DNA of 63,918 nucleotides, counting the filler, from Sphacelaria rigidula (lineage: Eukaryota): NCBI GenBank assembly GCA_964200075.2. It is 9 parts of 9 records of this genome, joined end to end, with 100 filler letters (N's around TTAATTAATTAA, not from the genome) between each part and the next. Parts side by side here need not be neighbours in the genome. Positions count along the whole stretch, not along the records: positions 1 to 7,014 come from CAXNAA020016948.1; positions 7,115 to 14,128 come from CAXNAA020016949.1; 7 more parts are not named here. One strand, given 5' to 3'. The notes beneath the pieces are model-generated. The model worked only from the letters and a program-made list of their open reading frames with translations. It did no database searches and was not told where the DNA came from. Positions 1 through 12,616 of this stretch are shown one piece after another (positions within the stretch are counted from its first letter, which is position 1; every line of letters begins with the position of its first letter). A program made the position numbers and the translations under genes.

Positions 1-41
1 CGGTGTCGTTTTCCCCCGCCACCGTGCTCCCATCCCCTGTT

Positions 42-74
<33 letters not shown>

Positions 75-1147
75 GTGAAGTTATGTTGAAGTTTTTAATT
101 TTGTATGTGTTTGTGCCCTTCATTTTTTTCCAGTCAAAACTTCCTCTATTTTTGCTGCAACACTGGTGCAGAAATGCCGTCGAGGTGTACCGATGAATTC
201 CTCTGTAGTAGTGTAGAAACGCTGTAGCCGCAGCGTCCATCTCGTTATCCGTTGTAGGAATGACAGATGACCAAGCAGCATGCAGCATTGCATTTAGAGG
301 GTAACAAAAATCTTGAACGGTGGGACAGCAGCATATTGCCCTCTGTAGCACACATAAATTTCATCTTCTTTACCGGCGAAGAGGTGAAGGAGTGATAGAG
401 CAGCAGCAAAAAGTGAAGGGGGTTTGAGTTACGTCATGAGTTATTGGTCGCTTGTCCGTAGTGAAGGTTTCATAAGCAAGAAGCTTCGCAATCGAACAAT
501 GGTGTCGGGCCTGAGGCCAGCTGCAGCTATAAACTCTTGCGCTGCACACCGTCAAAAAACGGATTCGATATCAAACAGTATTTATCCTAACACTAATCGT
601 CTGGATCCACTATTATCAAATTTTCTCACCTGTACAAGCATGCGTTCGAATTCTGAGGTGAACGGAACAAATGGTTATATTATGAAAGTATCTGTATTAA
701 ATTGAACATGAAACTTGGGCATTATAATGCTCCACCAGTGTGATCGTGAGACAGTGAAGCTAGCTACCTGTATCTTCCTGAAGATTGCATGCAGCAACCG
801 TACGCGAGCGCATGAAAACAGTTGAACATGTAATCGTTCCTTTCGTCATCCGATCGAACACCTCTCTCGATGTGTCGCTTTGTTTTTCAGGCATGCCCAG
901 ATCATAGTATGTTGAGAACGCGTCGGACCCGGTGCTTCATTTCGCCATCCTCTTCGACTGCTTGAGCCGTGTGATGCAGCAGCCAAGAAAAACGTTCCAA
1001 GATATGAATGAGGCATCAAAGTCGCTCTCTCTTGCATCTTCCATCGATTGCGAGACCGTAATCGTTGGCACAGGAACAATTAGATGCAGAAAACACGTAC
1101 TTTACTTGTTGCCAATTATTTAATCAAACCCATCAACGATCGACAGG

Positions 1148-1408
1148 TGTGCATAGCAGCGGCCGACGCGGACGCGGCTGAGGAGGTGGTCGATTCGATG
1201 GCGGCTGCGGGACTGCAGCTTGATCTAGATCAGGAGAGGCGCATGCTTGAGTTTTGTGTCACCCCCAAGCTCTCCTCAAAATGGGAGAAAGCTAAAGTCT
1301 CCACAGTCGGCAACGGGGAAAACGAGGTTGAGGATGTACAGGAAAGAGTTCGGGCAGAAATAGAGCAGGAGCAGCGATTGCAAGAATGAAGAGCTCTTGA
1401 GCGTGCGG
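1148..1408 (+). pseudogene. Exon-like segment of an unidentified, probably disrupted gene (acidic/coiled-coil)
   Basis: cgacag acceptor, then VCIAAADADAAEEVVDSM...RAEIEQEQRLQE*RALERA and a GT donor. Neighbouring exon-like pieces at ~891-1057 (also with an in-frame stop) and ~1821-1902. No family recognised. Confidence 0.3.
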
Positions 1409-2330
1409 TACCAGGTGGGCTGTCCATATCGCTCGTGCTTCAAACTCAGCCTACCTTGATGGCTACCCTGTGATAAGCACCATTTTAGTGCAGCAAATGC
1501 AGTTGCATAGTTGCCAATGCCAGTCTCGTCGTAGGTATAAACGCCTGTGCGACGTGGATATTCCATTTCTCGGTGCAACCGAAGAGTGCGCTACTGCAGT
1601 ATGTGCCACGTACGTTCCTCAAGTTTTCTAAAACGGTGATGAACGGTCAAGATCGATGCTGTGCCAAACCCGGTCGGGGGAAGTCATGACGTATTCACTT
1701 GACATGATTTCAATCGCGGTTGACCCGATCCCCCCCACCCGCTTCCATGTTGGTGTGGCTCATGCTGATTACAACTGACATGACCTGTCTTCTTCTGTCT
1801 TGTCTTGCTTTACCGCGCAGACCAGGGAGTCTGGCGTCTCCGGCGGCGTGGACTACACGGCACGCATCCATGACCGTGTGCAGTCGCGCTTGTATGTACA
1901 GGGTGGGCTGTTTATTTTGATGAGGCGAATCTGCTTGGAGCAGAGAGTTGGCGAGCGCGACGGTGGAGATGGTCAGCTTTGTTAATGTTTATCACTGTCG
2001 TTGTTGCTTCTGTTTTAGTTGAAGAATGGTCCCATTGTTCTAGAGGTCGACTCGCATCCTCGGGCGGGACTAAAGTACCGGAGTATTTTACAGCGTTCTG
2101 TCTGTGTACTGTAGCCTGGATTCCTTGGGGGCAACCATTCTATCAAATCTATCGAATCAACTAGATTCTTCAAAACAGTTCAGCTTGCTCACTCATCCTC
2201 CGCACGATCTCCCTATCTCTCGAAGAGGGGGCATCATGACGCAAGTTTTTTGACCTCATGTTTTGCCACTATTTTGTTGGTTCGGTGGTTACTCGTCGCG
2301 ACGGATATGTGTAATGGTCATCCAGTCCAA

Positions 2331-2709
2331 GCCGATCGCCCCGGTGGCTCAGTTGGTAACCTCGAAACCTTCTGACGATTCGATCGTGCGTTCGAATCTC
2401 GGTGAAGTCGCGCGATCTGTTTTTTTTTCTCACACAATGCCCAACAGTGGAGAGCGACTATGTCGTGGGTACCCAAGATTCGATTGCACAGTCGACGAGG
2501 GCAAGGGACCGCTGAACCCACCTCGCGGTAAAAAAGAAGGCAAGCACCGCAAAAGGAAGGTGGAGAACTGAAACAAATGAAGAAAAAAAAACTCCCTTGT
2601 TGGTCTTCCTCCTGTATGATCCCGGCAGGTGCCCCCACACATACCGAATAAATGATACTGTAGACTGGCATCCAGAATAGATGGGATGACAGCACAGAAC
2701 ACACACACA
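2331..2709 (+). mobile_element. tRNA-derived SINE, family S1, full-length
   Basis: A-box TGGCTCAGTTGG, B-box GTTCGAATC, conserved body (GTGGAGAGCGAC...GTCGACGAGGG...), GAATAGATGGGA and a (CA)n tail. Eight further copies in the window. Confidence 0.88.
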
Positions 2710-3842
2710 GTCTGGGTCAGGTAGGGGAGGCCGGGGGGCAACAACACTGTTCCGTCTGTATTCGTGCCGCCTATGTATTACTAGAGGGATATGGATGGTA
2801 GGCGTGAGTGGCGTATGTTAGAGGTCATCGGCTGGAATATAAGCTGCCGTAGCCTATCCCTCCACCACATATATGGGCGACGAGCGTTTCTACGGTGGAC
2901 TGCCAAAGACTTTCGATAGCAACTGTAGTCGAGCCATTCTAAGCGTTCCAGCTGGGGTAATGGGGACGATGCGGTATACAGTAGCATAGAACACGAACTT
3001 TGTTCGTAGATGCGTGTTCAATTCGCTCTTGAGGATTATTGAACGACCACTTGTTCGCATTATTAACGAGAAACTTATTGTGTTCTCAAGCAGCAGCGTC
3101 GTCCCTAATGCATTACTCGCGATACCGTGGGCTCTGAAGTTGACTTACAGAAAGACGACGCCGTGCTCGAAACCAAAACGGAATCCACGCTTACTCCCGA
3201 ATCCCCTCTCCCGGTTAGCTATCTTCAACACGATGTCTTCGTTAGGTGGGCTCGACCGAAACCGCAGGATACCGAAACTCGTGTGATCAGCCTCCTCCAC
3301 AACACATATGGGCGTTTGAGTTTGGTCGATGGGATCCGGGAAAAGACACTGGACTTGTAGCCTTGACCCGTCTTGGGGGGGGTGAATATCCCGGTGAGAT
3401 CGGTTGTACCCGTTTAAGTAGTAAGCTCTCTCGACGCGGATATGGTGACGTGGTTTACTTGGCCACCCCTTGTCGTGGCACTACCATTTATATTTCTGTT
3501 TCGTCGTCCCCGCTGTCATGATGCCGAGCGATGACAGTTCCTCCGCACGGTCGGCACCCTCTTTGCCCTCGTTTCGCGGGGTGCTTCGCCTTCCATTTGC
3601 CATGAGGAGGGTTCAGGGAGAGCGGATTGGCCGTTGTACCCTCTGCGATGGCGCTTCTGGAGCTGTTCGATTATCGGTAACGGCGTCCGTATTTTTAGTC
3701 TTCCCCTCTGCGATGGTGTCGATCTGATGCTCGGTATTATCACCCATTGCGGTGGTTGCTTTCGTCGTTCGTCGGCGTTTGGCCTCCTACTTGGTGTGGA
3801 TATGACGGTCTCGCTCGGCCCTCAATCGCCCTTGATGGTGTG

Positions 3843-4576
3843 AACACGGGATTTTACAAATTGGGGATGGATCTTTTGTTGGGGATGAAAACCCGGAAAA
3901 TTATCATCTTCATCTTCGTATCCACACCAATCTTCGAAGTATGCTTCCATTTCTTCACTTGCTGGTAGCTATTGACAACTACTACACGCCATGCAAATTT
4001 TAATTTTGATAAACGAAATGTTGGGGTCCTAGGCAAAAAACCAATCTTGGGAGATCTCAGGTGTCCGACCGCACGCCAACAAACAACGTCTTCGTGAGAT
4101 TGAGAGTAGAGCGCTGAGAGAGAGCGACTTTGATCGTTCGCCTTATCGTAGCCATTTTTTATTATGTGCGTCCTTTTCTCTCCATCACTGGCGTGTGCTT
4201 ACAGCTACACGTCGGTATCCTACTCAGGGATATGGAGGGCCTCAGTGGCCAACTACTACAGAAAGCATATCGGGCCTCGTGGAGGGGCATTTCGGAACTG
4301 AAACAATTGATTTACTAATTGTCCGCTCTTCACTGTCAATCATATCCTCTACGCTCAATATCACGAAAACGTTGTTCAAATTATTTTTTCATCTAGGACC
4401 CCGATATTTCGGTTATCGAAATCCAAATTTGTATGGCGTGTAGCAGTTGTCAATGGCTACCAGCAAGTGAAGAAATGGCAGCATACTTCGAAGGTTTGGT
4501 GTGGATACAAAAATTTTAATTCTCCGGGTTTTCATCCCCAACAAAAGATCCATCCCCAATTTGTAAAATCCCGTTT
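3843..4576. mobile_element. MITE family A (long TIRs beginning AACACGGGAT(C/T)TTACAAATTGGGG), carrying a nested family D MITE
   Basis: ~190-bp inverted repeats at 3843-~4035 and ~4390-4576. Same family at 16106, 25927 and 56907. TSD degenerate in this copy. Confidence 0.85.
4082..4376. mobile_element. MITE family D (TIR AACAACGTTTTCGTGAGATTGAG), nested in MITE A
   Basis: Ends aacaacgtcttcgtgagattgagagtagag / ctctacgctcaatatcacgaaaacgttgtt. Body matches 57998-58302. Confidence 0.8.
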
Positions 4577-6861
4577 GGTGGAAGATGGCATACTGCAGCT
4601 TGCGAACCGTCGCAATAATAGTAGCCCGCAACACCACATGCCAGAAGTCTCCGCCAGTGACAAATGATGGATCTTCATATGCTTCCGGTTCTCTCGGCGT
4701 CCGGCGAATTGCTTCCTCGTACCTTTCAACTTCTGTAGACTGTCTCCCTTGGACATGATCTGTACGTCGACAACGGCAACCTGGGATAACCCTTTCTCCG
4801 TGTTTTCTGGGTGTGCAGTCAAGGAGCGGCTGCCGCCGGCGTATGCGAGGGATCTTGATGAACACTGCGACTGAGTGTGAGCAGCAGTGCAAACCACGGC
4901 TAACCCCCTCCAAAACACCCAATCGTGCCCGCTTCTTGTCTCAAGGCATTCTGCTAAAGTAGTACGTCTGTCGCTGCACTTCTTGGAGCTCTTCGAGAAG
5001 GTCAACTCGTTCAGTTTTCGACGAACCCTCGAAGTTCAACTTCCAAGGCACTGGTGGGTACTCTCCTGGAACAGTCCTGTTGCCGTAATTAGTGGTGATA
5101 CAGACGAACTTGCCCGCCCCCTTGACGGATTCTTGTGCCCAGCCTCTGCCGGCCTCCCTAAAGTAGCACATTTTTGGCTAGGCGATCTAAGGGCCGGTCA
5201 CGACCCCCCGCTAACCGCATCGTTGACCTCTGGGTGAGCTGCTTGAGGAGGATGTGTCTCTCCTTCTCCATCTGCTCATTATTACGACGCTGCGATGATC
5301 AAGCATATATATGGTTACTCCTCGCATCTTAAGAGCTTCGATCGCTGCTCGTTTCCTCGTCGAGACTGCTCGTTCCGGTGTATCAACCCCATCTCGTAAA
5401 TGCGTGCGTCCGGCATTATTTTGCGCTGTTGAACCAGATCTCGCTTGGAGACGTGTTGTTCCCTGCTATGTAACTTTGTTCTGCCGCTTCTGGGACCACC
5501 CGAAATTCTGCGTTTGTTCGGTGTTGTCGTCGAACGGGTTGATGCGGTTTGTGTACCCAAAGTGATGAATATCATTGCGAGGGTTCCGCATTCGTTGGGT
5601 GCTGGCCGCAGTCTCCGTGCTGGATCGCCGTTTGGTAAGTCCACGTTCCATGCTAGACTATTTTGTTGGGTGATTTGACGAACTTCCTGGATGATACGAC
5701 GTGTTTCCTTGCGACGACGGCTGATTACTCCTAAAAGGCGCGCGAAAGAGCACCCAGAGTAAAGGGGAGTTGGGATCTTCCGATCTTCAGCGTTTGTTTC
5801 GGGAAAATGACTCCCTGTCACTACTCCCAACCTCAACATCGAGCTTCAGAGGGCAGGCAAAACGAACAAGAAGTGAATAATGTCTGTGCATAGACGTACT
5901 TACTGTCTCGCATCGTGTGCCGCAATTTCAAGGAGTGTGGTGAGTCGAGCGCAAGCAGAGGAGAATGCGCCGCGCGCAATTACATCGGAAGGACTTATCA
6001 GAAGGACTCAGGGACAGTCCGAGGAACCTCGGAAGACAGTTGTCTCCAAGACCTTTCACAAATCCGAACCACGACTCTACACTCGCTATCCCCCATATTC
6101 TGAGAGTTGGTAACACATCGCAGTCAAGTCTTGTAAGAGGATCTTCTGGACCGTGTGGTAGGCTAGTTCCCTTGAATTTGAAGTAACTGCTATTGTTAGT
6201 GTATTACTGTGTTCGTCACAATAGCTCGATCTCTCGAACCCGTGGTAATCGAGTACAAAGAGCATACCACCCATACCCATAAATCAAACAGCCCGCAGAG
6301 GGAGGCAAGAAACAAAACGTCTTCACGAAAAAAGGCACCTACATTGCGATAGACCCGTATAAAACTGATTGAACTACAGGAGATCTACTGGAATTTAAAA
6401 AGCCCGCGCGTGCGATCTCTCGGATTACAGTACCTTGCCACTTACAGGCGTTTTGTTGTTGTTGTCTTCACATTTTAAAATGTTCCGATATCTGTGCGGT
6501 ACATTGTACATTGTTGGTACTGGGCATTTGATGCCGACGCCTTCCGTGGTCACAGGCTAGCTACCTACAAGAAGGTATAACGTTTTTTGTTGCTCCCGGT
6601 GTACACAGTGTATACACAGAGTATAGTGACAACGAGTGAGCCGATAATCGAAACTGTCGCGTAGAATAGAGACTAATCCCAAAATATATCTACTGTCCAG
6701 AGTGCTCTTCAAATAGATCCTCTACAGAGCCTGCGCACCGGAGACTGGACACTCTCTAAGACCCACTTTTATGGCAAGCACGAATCTTGATTTTTTCAAA
6801 ATCGGGGGGAAAAAAATCGGGGAATGCATTTTATGGACACCGATTTGGGCCACATCGGGGC

Positions 6862-6961
6862 CGAAAAAATCGGGGGTCACGATCTCGGAACGGTTTTCCC
6901 CGATTTTTGCCGAAAAATCGGGGAAAATCGTTCCGAGATCGTGACTCCCCCGATTTTTTCG
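6862..6961. repeat. Near-perfect ~47-bp-arm hairpin built of AAAAATCGGGG motifs (probable foldback MITE core)
   Basis: cgaaaaaatcgggggtcacgatctcggaacggttttccccgattttt-gccg-aaaaatcggggaaaatcgttccgagatcgtgactcccccgattttttcg. More AAAATCGGGG copies at 6797-6825. Confidence 0.85.
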
Positions 6962-7014
6962 AGGTGACGTAACGTGCATTGACGTACACCCCCAGAGTAC
7001 GAGGCGTTTGGTAT

Positions 7015-7114
7015 NNNNNNNNNNNNNNNNNNNNNNNNNNNNNNNNNNNNNNNNNNNNTTAATTAATTAANNNNNNNNNNNNNNNNNNNNNNNNNNNNNN
7101 NNNNNNNNNNNNNN
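7015..7114. other. Artificial contig-joining spacer (N44-TTAATTAATTAA-N44)
   Basis: 100-bp spacer with stops in all six frames. Identical spacers at 14129-14228, 21242-21341, 28355-28454, 35468-35567, 42581-42680, 49694-49793 and 56807-56906. Intervening contigs are 7014-7012 bp in decreasing order. Confidence 0.98.
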
Positions 7115-7235
7115 TGCAAGATAATCAGTAGGCTTCGGGCCGAAAAATCTGAGCAGGATGCAGCTCACCCTTGATGCGACTCGCTGAACACACCACGGCG
7201 CTTCGCGCTTGGTGATTGAGTGCGCCGGAGCAGGC
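7115..7235 (+). mobile_element. Fragment homologous to the LINE-like 3' region at 55621-55831
   Basis: tgcaagataatcagtaggcttcgggccgaa...cacggcgcttcgcgcttggtgattga aligns with 55625-55740. Confidence 0.65.
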
Positions 7236-8149
7236 TCGTAATCTATCACCAGGCGCAAAGCGCCGTACTTTGTTTGGCAAGTTGCATGAAGACTGGAGTA
7301 TATCCTGCTAAGATTCTTCGACGCGGAGCGTACGGGCTATCTTGCATTTGGAGGAAAGCCCCGACTGATTCGCTTCATTTCTTTGTTATCGCCACTTCCA
7401 GAGATAGCCACGGCTTACACACTGCCTTATGGGCGTCTCGGGAGGGGAAGGGGGGGGAGTGACGCACTCTAAGGAAGGGATGGTTAATCAAGCTTTGTGT
7501 GCATTGGGGGGGGCAGGCAGACCATGGGCCAAAGTGGACCATATAGTAAACTGAACTGAACACCTATTCCCTGCCTCGTCGTCCCCATCTACTTTTTGTA
7601 TGGCACGCCTGTGACTAATGGGTGGGTGGGGGAGACGCGTTCACAGGATTGGATGGAGCCAAGTATAGTACGGTTGGTGTGTATACGTGGCATACGATGT
7701 TGTCTGCCCTTTGTTTTACTGGCATCACAACGATGGAACGACTTGCTCGTTGATTCGATGAGCCACTTCACGTCATCTTGACATGGGAGTTCGGTTGTAA
7801 GGATGGCTGGCAATTCCGGTTGGAGGATCACCACCCCCCTCCTCATGCATGGATGGCGTCGTGTACAGCGGCAATTTCGTGATGAGCGCACAGGGGCAGG
7901 GGAGGGGGCAGTCGATGGAACACGCTGGGTGCACTGATGTCCGATTGGTGTTGGTGCATCGAAGGCGGTGTCGTCTACTTACTTCCTCCGCTGTCGTGGA
8001 TCACAACAACCATCTCCTTGCGCCCATGGTGTAGGCCCGCGATTCGCATCGCACTATTTCTGCCCAATTGTCTGTCGCTGGTTTGTAAACCTACTATTCG
8101 GGGATTTTTGAGCGGCGCCAACAGTATGGCGCTTGCTGTGAAAAAAGTG

Positions 8150-9612
8150 CAAGGGATTGGTAGACAGTTGTTGTCATCTCATAAACGTGCATATTTCACC
8201 CATGATACGTGGTAACAGCATCATTTCGCGCGACATCCGTTATATTTTATTTCCTGACTGCATGACTGGTTCAGCAAACCCGTGGGAGGCCAATAATTGC
8301 TCAATATTCCGGTAGTGCCTCTAATATGTTTATTTCACGGCACTGACCGCGATACTTTGCGATGCCGTCATGAACAAAGCGAAACGATTCGGCAGGAAAC
8401 TATCACTAAATCATTGTGAATATTCAATAACCAATGACACATGGTAACACTATTTCGCGCGGCGTTAGTCACATTTCATTCCAGTGAGTTCCTGTCTGGT
8501 GCGGCAAACCAAGTTGTTGAAGATATCAGTGGTTCCTCTGGTGTGTTCATCTTGTCGCACTGACCGCAGGATCATGTGATACTGTAACAAATCATTGAAC
8601 CGATTTGGCAGAATACTCTATCACGTGATGGATGCGAATATTTAGTATCCCATGACACACGGTAACATCATCTCGCGCGGGGTTCGTTACTTCTCGTTCC
8701 AGCGTTCATGACTGGTTAACATACCCGTGATGACTGGTCAACATACCCGTGATGGGGCGACAGTTGTTCGAGATTTCCAAGGGCAGGTCAAGTAGAGTAT
8801 ACCCAAATTCCGGGGTATTTTGAAAGTCATACTTAAAGTACACAAATCGGAGGTAGGGTTCAGGGATCGCTTTGCAGTTATTCGTTGGGTACGACTCCCA
8901 GCACTCTACCCTAATTCGAGTACCTCAAGAACGTATTTCAAAATACGCCGCAATCGAGTATACTGTGTACTCGACATGCCTTTCTCGATTTCGGTGGTCC
9001 CACTGGCGTGTTCGTTTTGTTACACCAACCGCAAGGTTATACGATACCGTCATGAACAAAGCAAAATGATTTGGCAGAAATATCCATCACTTGATGAACA
9101 TGATTGTGGTTGATAACCCGCAACACATAGTAATATCATTTCGCGCGGCGTCCATTACTTTTCATCCTAGTGTTCATGATTAGTTCAGCAAACCATTGAT
9201 GGGCCGACAACCGTTGAAGATGTCGGTTGTCTCTCTGGTGTGCTCATTTTGTGGCACAGACAGCAGGATTATTATGCGATACCGTAATAGACAAAGCGAA
9301 ACGAATAGGCAGGATAATCTGAGTAGATAAATGGAAATACTTTATGACCCATGACACATGGTACATCATTTCGCGCGGCGTTCGTTTCGTTCATCCTCGA
9401 GGGCGTATGGCTGGTTTAACAAACCCGTGATGAGGAGACGCTTGTCGAAGATGTCGGTGGTTCCTCTGGTGTGTTCATTTTGTTGCACCGACCGCGAGAT
9501 TGTCTTATACGGTAATAAACAGAGCTAAATGAATCGGCAGAAGCGTATCTCTTCATAAATTTGACAATGTTTCATGTATCATGACGCATGGTAACATCAT
9601 TTCGCGCGGGTA
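8150..9612. repeat. Diverged ~230-bp tandem repeat (satellite), about 6 units
   Basis: Anchor CATGACACATGGTAACATCATTTCGCGCGG at ~8201, 8432, 8651, 9118, 9350 and 9580. The third unit is lengthened by a MITE insertion and a ~22-bp duplication. Confidence 0.9.
8778..8984. mobile_element. Degenerate hAT-like MITE inserted in the satellite
   Basis: Imperfect TIRs caagggcaggtcaagta...gagtatac / gtatactgtgtactcgacatgcctttc; flanks gagatttc / tcgatttc (6/8, candidate 8-bp TSD). The satellite resumes after it. Confidence 0.65.
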
Positions 9613-12175
9613 TTTATTGCTGTTCACCAGCTGAGACATTTGTCTGTGCCCTTGCTCAAATCCGTTCAGAATTCAGTGAGAAATGATTATTTGCGTGAGA
9701 CGCGCGCACAGCACACGCTCACAAACAGTCAGCAACTGTACGTTTTCGGTTGCTATTTGATACGCACGCGGTCGTCTCTCATCCAAAAGTGTACGGATTT
9801 CCGTTAAACAAAGACTGCCGTGTGTGTAGATGATCAAGAGCTAGCGCTTGAGCTAATGTGCGTGAGTGGTGCGATGCTATGCGTGGGTTTCCGAGGCTCG
9901 GTGTGTCGGCGCTGTGTTACCTCGTTGCGGCTTGTCCGCAGCAGTAGAGAGATATTGGACAAACGGCCACTTCCAGAATCGCCGCATTTTTGCATCTGTG
10001 TGCAGATCTGGGGTTCAATCCGGGAAAAACAGTATAGTTTCCACTTAGGATAATATCGGGAAATCCATGCACCACCGCCCCCCTCGCCGCAACAACCTCA
10101 TTCTGGGGTTGGAGCGGGGGGGGCGGGGGGGGGGGGGCATGTTGGTGACGATGATGGCGTTTATTGCGCCGGACATGATGTGTGCAACTCGTCATCACTC
10201 AAAGCTACGAAGTGCCATTTGAGTAACCGTCCCAGGGTGCCTGGAGAAGGGCTTGCCATGGAGGGGGCGGGCGCAGTGGCAGCGGCGGCAGGAGGCTTGG
10301 GAACGCGGCGGCGGCGGCGGCGGCGGCTGGAGGGTGTATTGGCGAGGACGGTGGAGAGTCAACTATTTGCGTGAGTCCGGCAAGGGAACTAGTCATCCAC
10401 GACGAGAAGGAGGGCGGACTCTATGATTTCTGCGTTTGATGCCTCAGGGGTAAGGCCGGATTGAAGCCGTGAATCAAGCAGCACACTTCAGAATCATGAA
10501 CTACATCTGCCTGTACAATACGGTAGGCGCCATCCACGGTTCGCCGAGAGAAGTCCTAAACCGCCGTCCAAAATGCTGTACGTGAAAATCTCGGTTCGGA
10601 ATCGCCTCGAAATAATGTTTTCACCCTGTGTGTGAACGTTTAGTGTTTTTCGTGCTCCCCGGCACTCAATTACGGTTCGACGATTTGGGGAGGCGAGGGG
10701 AAGGAGATTGCTGTATCATTTGCGAAGTTGTTGGAACAAAAATATCAGTTTGAATTCACTTTAGTATTTTTTGCGACTAAGGCTTCAACATGAGCGTCTT
10801 AGTTTGACTTGCATTGTTTTGGGGATGTTTTTTTGGCGACATGTTTATCATTCAACAACTGGAACGTGGCAATGAATACCAGAGCGAGACTCGTAATATT
10901 CGCCCACAAATCAGCCTACGGTACATTTTCACGTCAATCGCTCGACTTCCAGCAAAAACGGTGATATTTTTGTATCGGCCCCACCTTGTGCGTTTTGCTT
11001 GATATTGCGTAGAGGTACAAGTGAAACCAGCTGAAATTCGGCAGTAACGGGCCGACCACTTTGTTTTACTTCACGTTTCCAGATTTCTGGCGGGGTGATT
11101 CGCGTAGTTCATACTACCCCAGCTTGCATGAAGCGGCTCTTGCTCTATTGGAGGAGTGCAGGGTCACGGCGGCGAATCTGATGGTGTGCAGGACATTTTG
11201 ATGCCTTAACGGGTAATAGTGGCCCGGACGGGACGGCTTGCGATGCAATCGGCGGGCGGGGACAACAGGGAGACTCGTCACTGGCGCGATGTAGTTAAAC
11301 ATGGCACCGTTCCTCCGCAAAGTGTTGGCGACAGCCGCTGGTGCGACGAACCCAATGGGAGCACCGGCTCTGCCCGGCTTGCACGGTTTCTCTGTTGACC
11401 TTCTGGTCCCCGACGTAGCCGAGCGTGAAACGCGAAGGAATGAACTGTGGAGGAGATGGAGCACTACTCGAATATCGTGAGGCAAGCAGTCACGATAGTT
11501 TATTCACGTTGCGCACTGGCCGAGCTTTATCGCATATTTGGTGCACGTCAAGGCGAACCTTATCGCTGCCGAACTACGTCTCTCCCATGGCCGCATGAAT
11601 GAGAAAGTGGGTGCGGGTATTGAATGTTGTTGTCGTCTCAACTGTGGGGATATCTGGTGAACATTGCTCGGAATTAAACATGTAGAATACTTTTCGGGGG
11701 TACCGTAGTACATCTTTGCGTGTTGAAAATCGATATATTTTTGCTTGAACATTTTACACCTGTTACAATGAACGACTACTTTCCAAGAAAACAATCCGTT
11801 ATTTCCGGACTTCCCCTGGGGTCTAATCCTAACGCTGAGGTTGTCTCAAATCCCATCTGAGAGTGAGGGTGCCAGCGCTTTCCGTCGCTGCATCAGATCC
11901 CGTTTGGGACCGTCAGAAGGGATATTCAAACTACAGCTGCCGCGGATTCTGAATTAAGAAGAGACAGCTCCGATTCTCAAGCGTGTTGCACTACAGTAGA
12001 CTAAGTATTGTCCAACATCCCACGGCGAAACCGGTTCTCAATACAGCCACGGCGGAGGTGGCCATACAAGGCGTGATAGCTGGTTCAGACTGGATGAAGC
12101 GCCTCGCACGGGCACTACTGGTGAAACGACCCCAGGCTTGGGGCTAACCCTTACCCCCGTTGTGTGTGTCTGCAG

Positions 12176-12400
12176 CTCTATCGTGGGACACCCATTTGAT
12201 CCAATTGACCACTGTACTGTAGGGATGCTGTACTCTGGTGATGATGGTATATCTCAGCACACTGCTAACGATGATGCGCTTCAAATATCGTGGGCGTCTG
12301 CCGCCGCATTGGATCGTTTCGCTGACGGCGGTCGTCGCCGGCGCAACAGTATGAAGTCTCTTTCAGAGGCGCTCGAAAACTCGATGACTAGTCCAAATAG
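12176..12400 (+). CDS. Candidate internal exon, unknown protein (SIVGHPFDPIDHCTVG...ENSMTSPNR)
   Basis: Branch-point CTAAC at ~12144, tgtctgcag acceptor, open 225 bp, AG|GTATGT donor; phase-symmetric. Confidence 0.5.
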
Positions 12401-12616
12401 GTATGTTTCCAGCATGCTTTGATACGTGTTGCGTAGCGCTTAGACGCAGGGGTTGCTCAAAAGATGCGGCACAATGAATGACGGTGGCTTTTTTGTAGGA
12501 CTGCTCACCATCATGCTTTTTCTGCCGTGCAGAAACTTCTGCGTTAGGAGCACATGGTCGAAAGCGGTTGTGACTCCCGAACCTTTTGAACAAAGTAAAT
12601 GATATTTTGATGGTCC

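Larger units (their letters stand above)
3400..6110 (-). mobile_element. Possible highly degenerate LTR-retrotransposon remnant (gag-like), interrupted by a MITE
   Basis: Broken minus-strand frames (PPVPWKLNFEGSSKTERVD..., LAECLE...LAVVC) loosely resemble stramenopile Ty3-type gag. 5840-6110 looks LTR-like. No catalytic motif seen; boundaries approximate. Confidence 0.25.

Noticed and set aside
2331-2405. SINE heads as functional tRNA genes
   Set aside because: No consistent acceptor stem or anticodon across copies, and each is fused to the same ~300-bp body.
7059-7070. TTAATTAATTAA as a biological motif or piggyBac target
   Set aside because: It is always centred in exactly 44+44 Ns, so it is a synthetic six-frame stop linker.
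11100-11750. Cys-containing broken frames suggestive of a transposase
   Set aside because: No catalytic or family motif could be identified with confidence.
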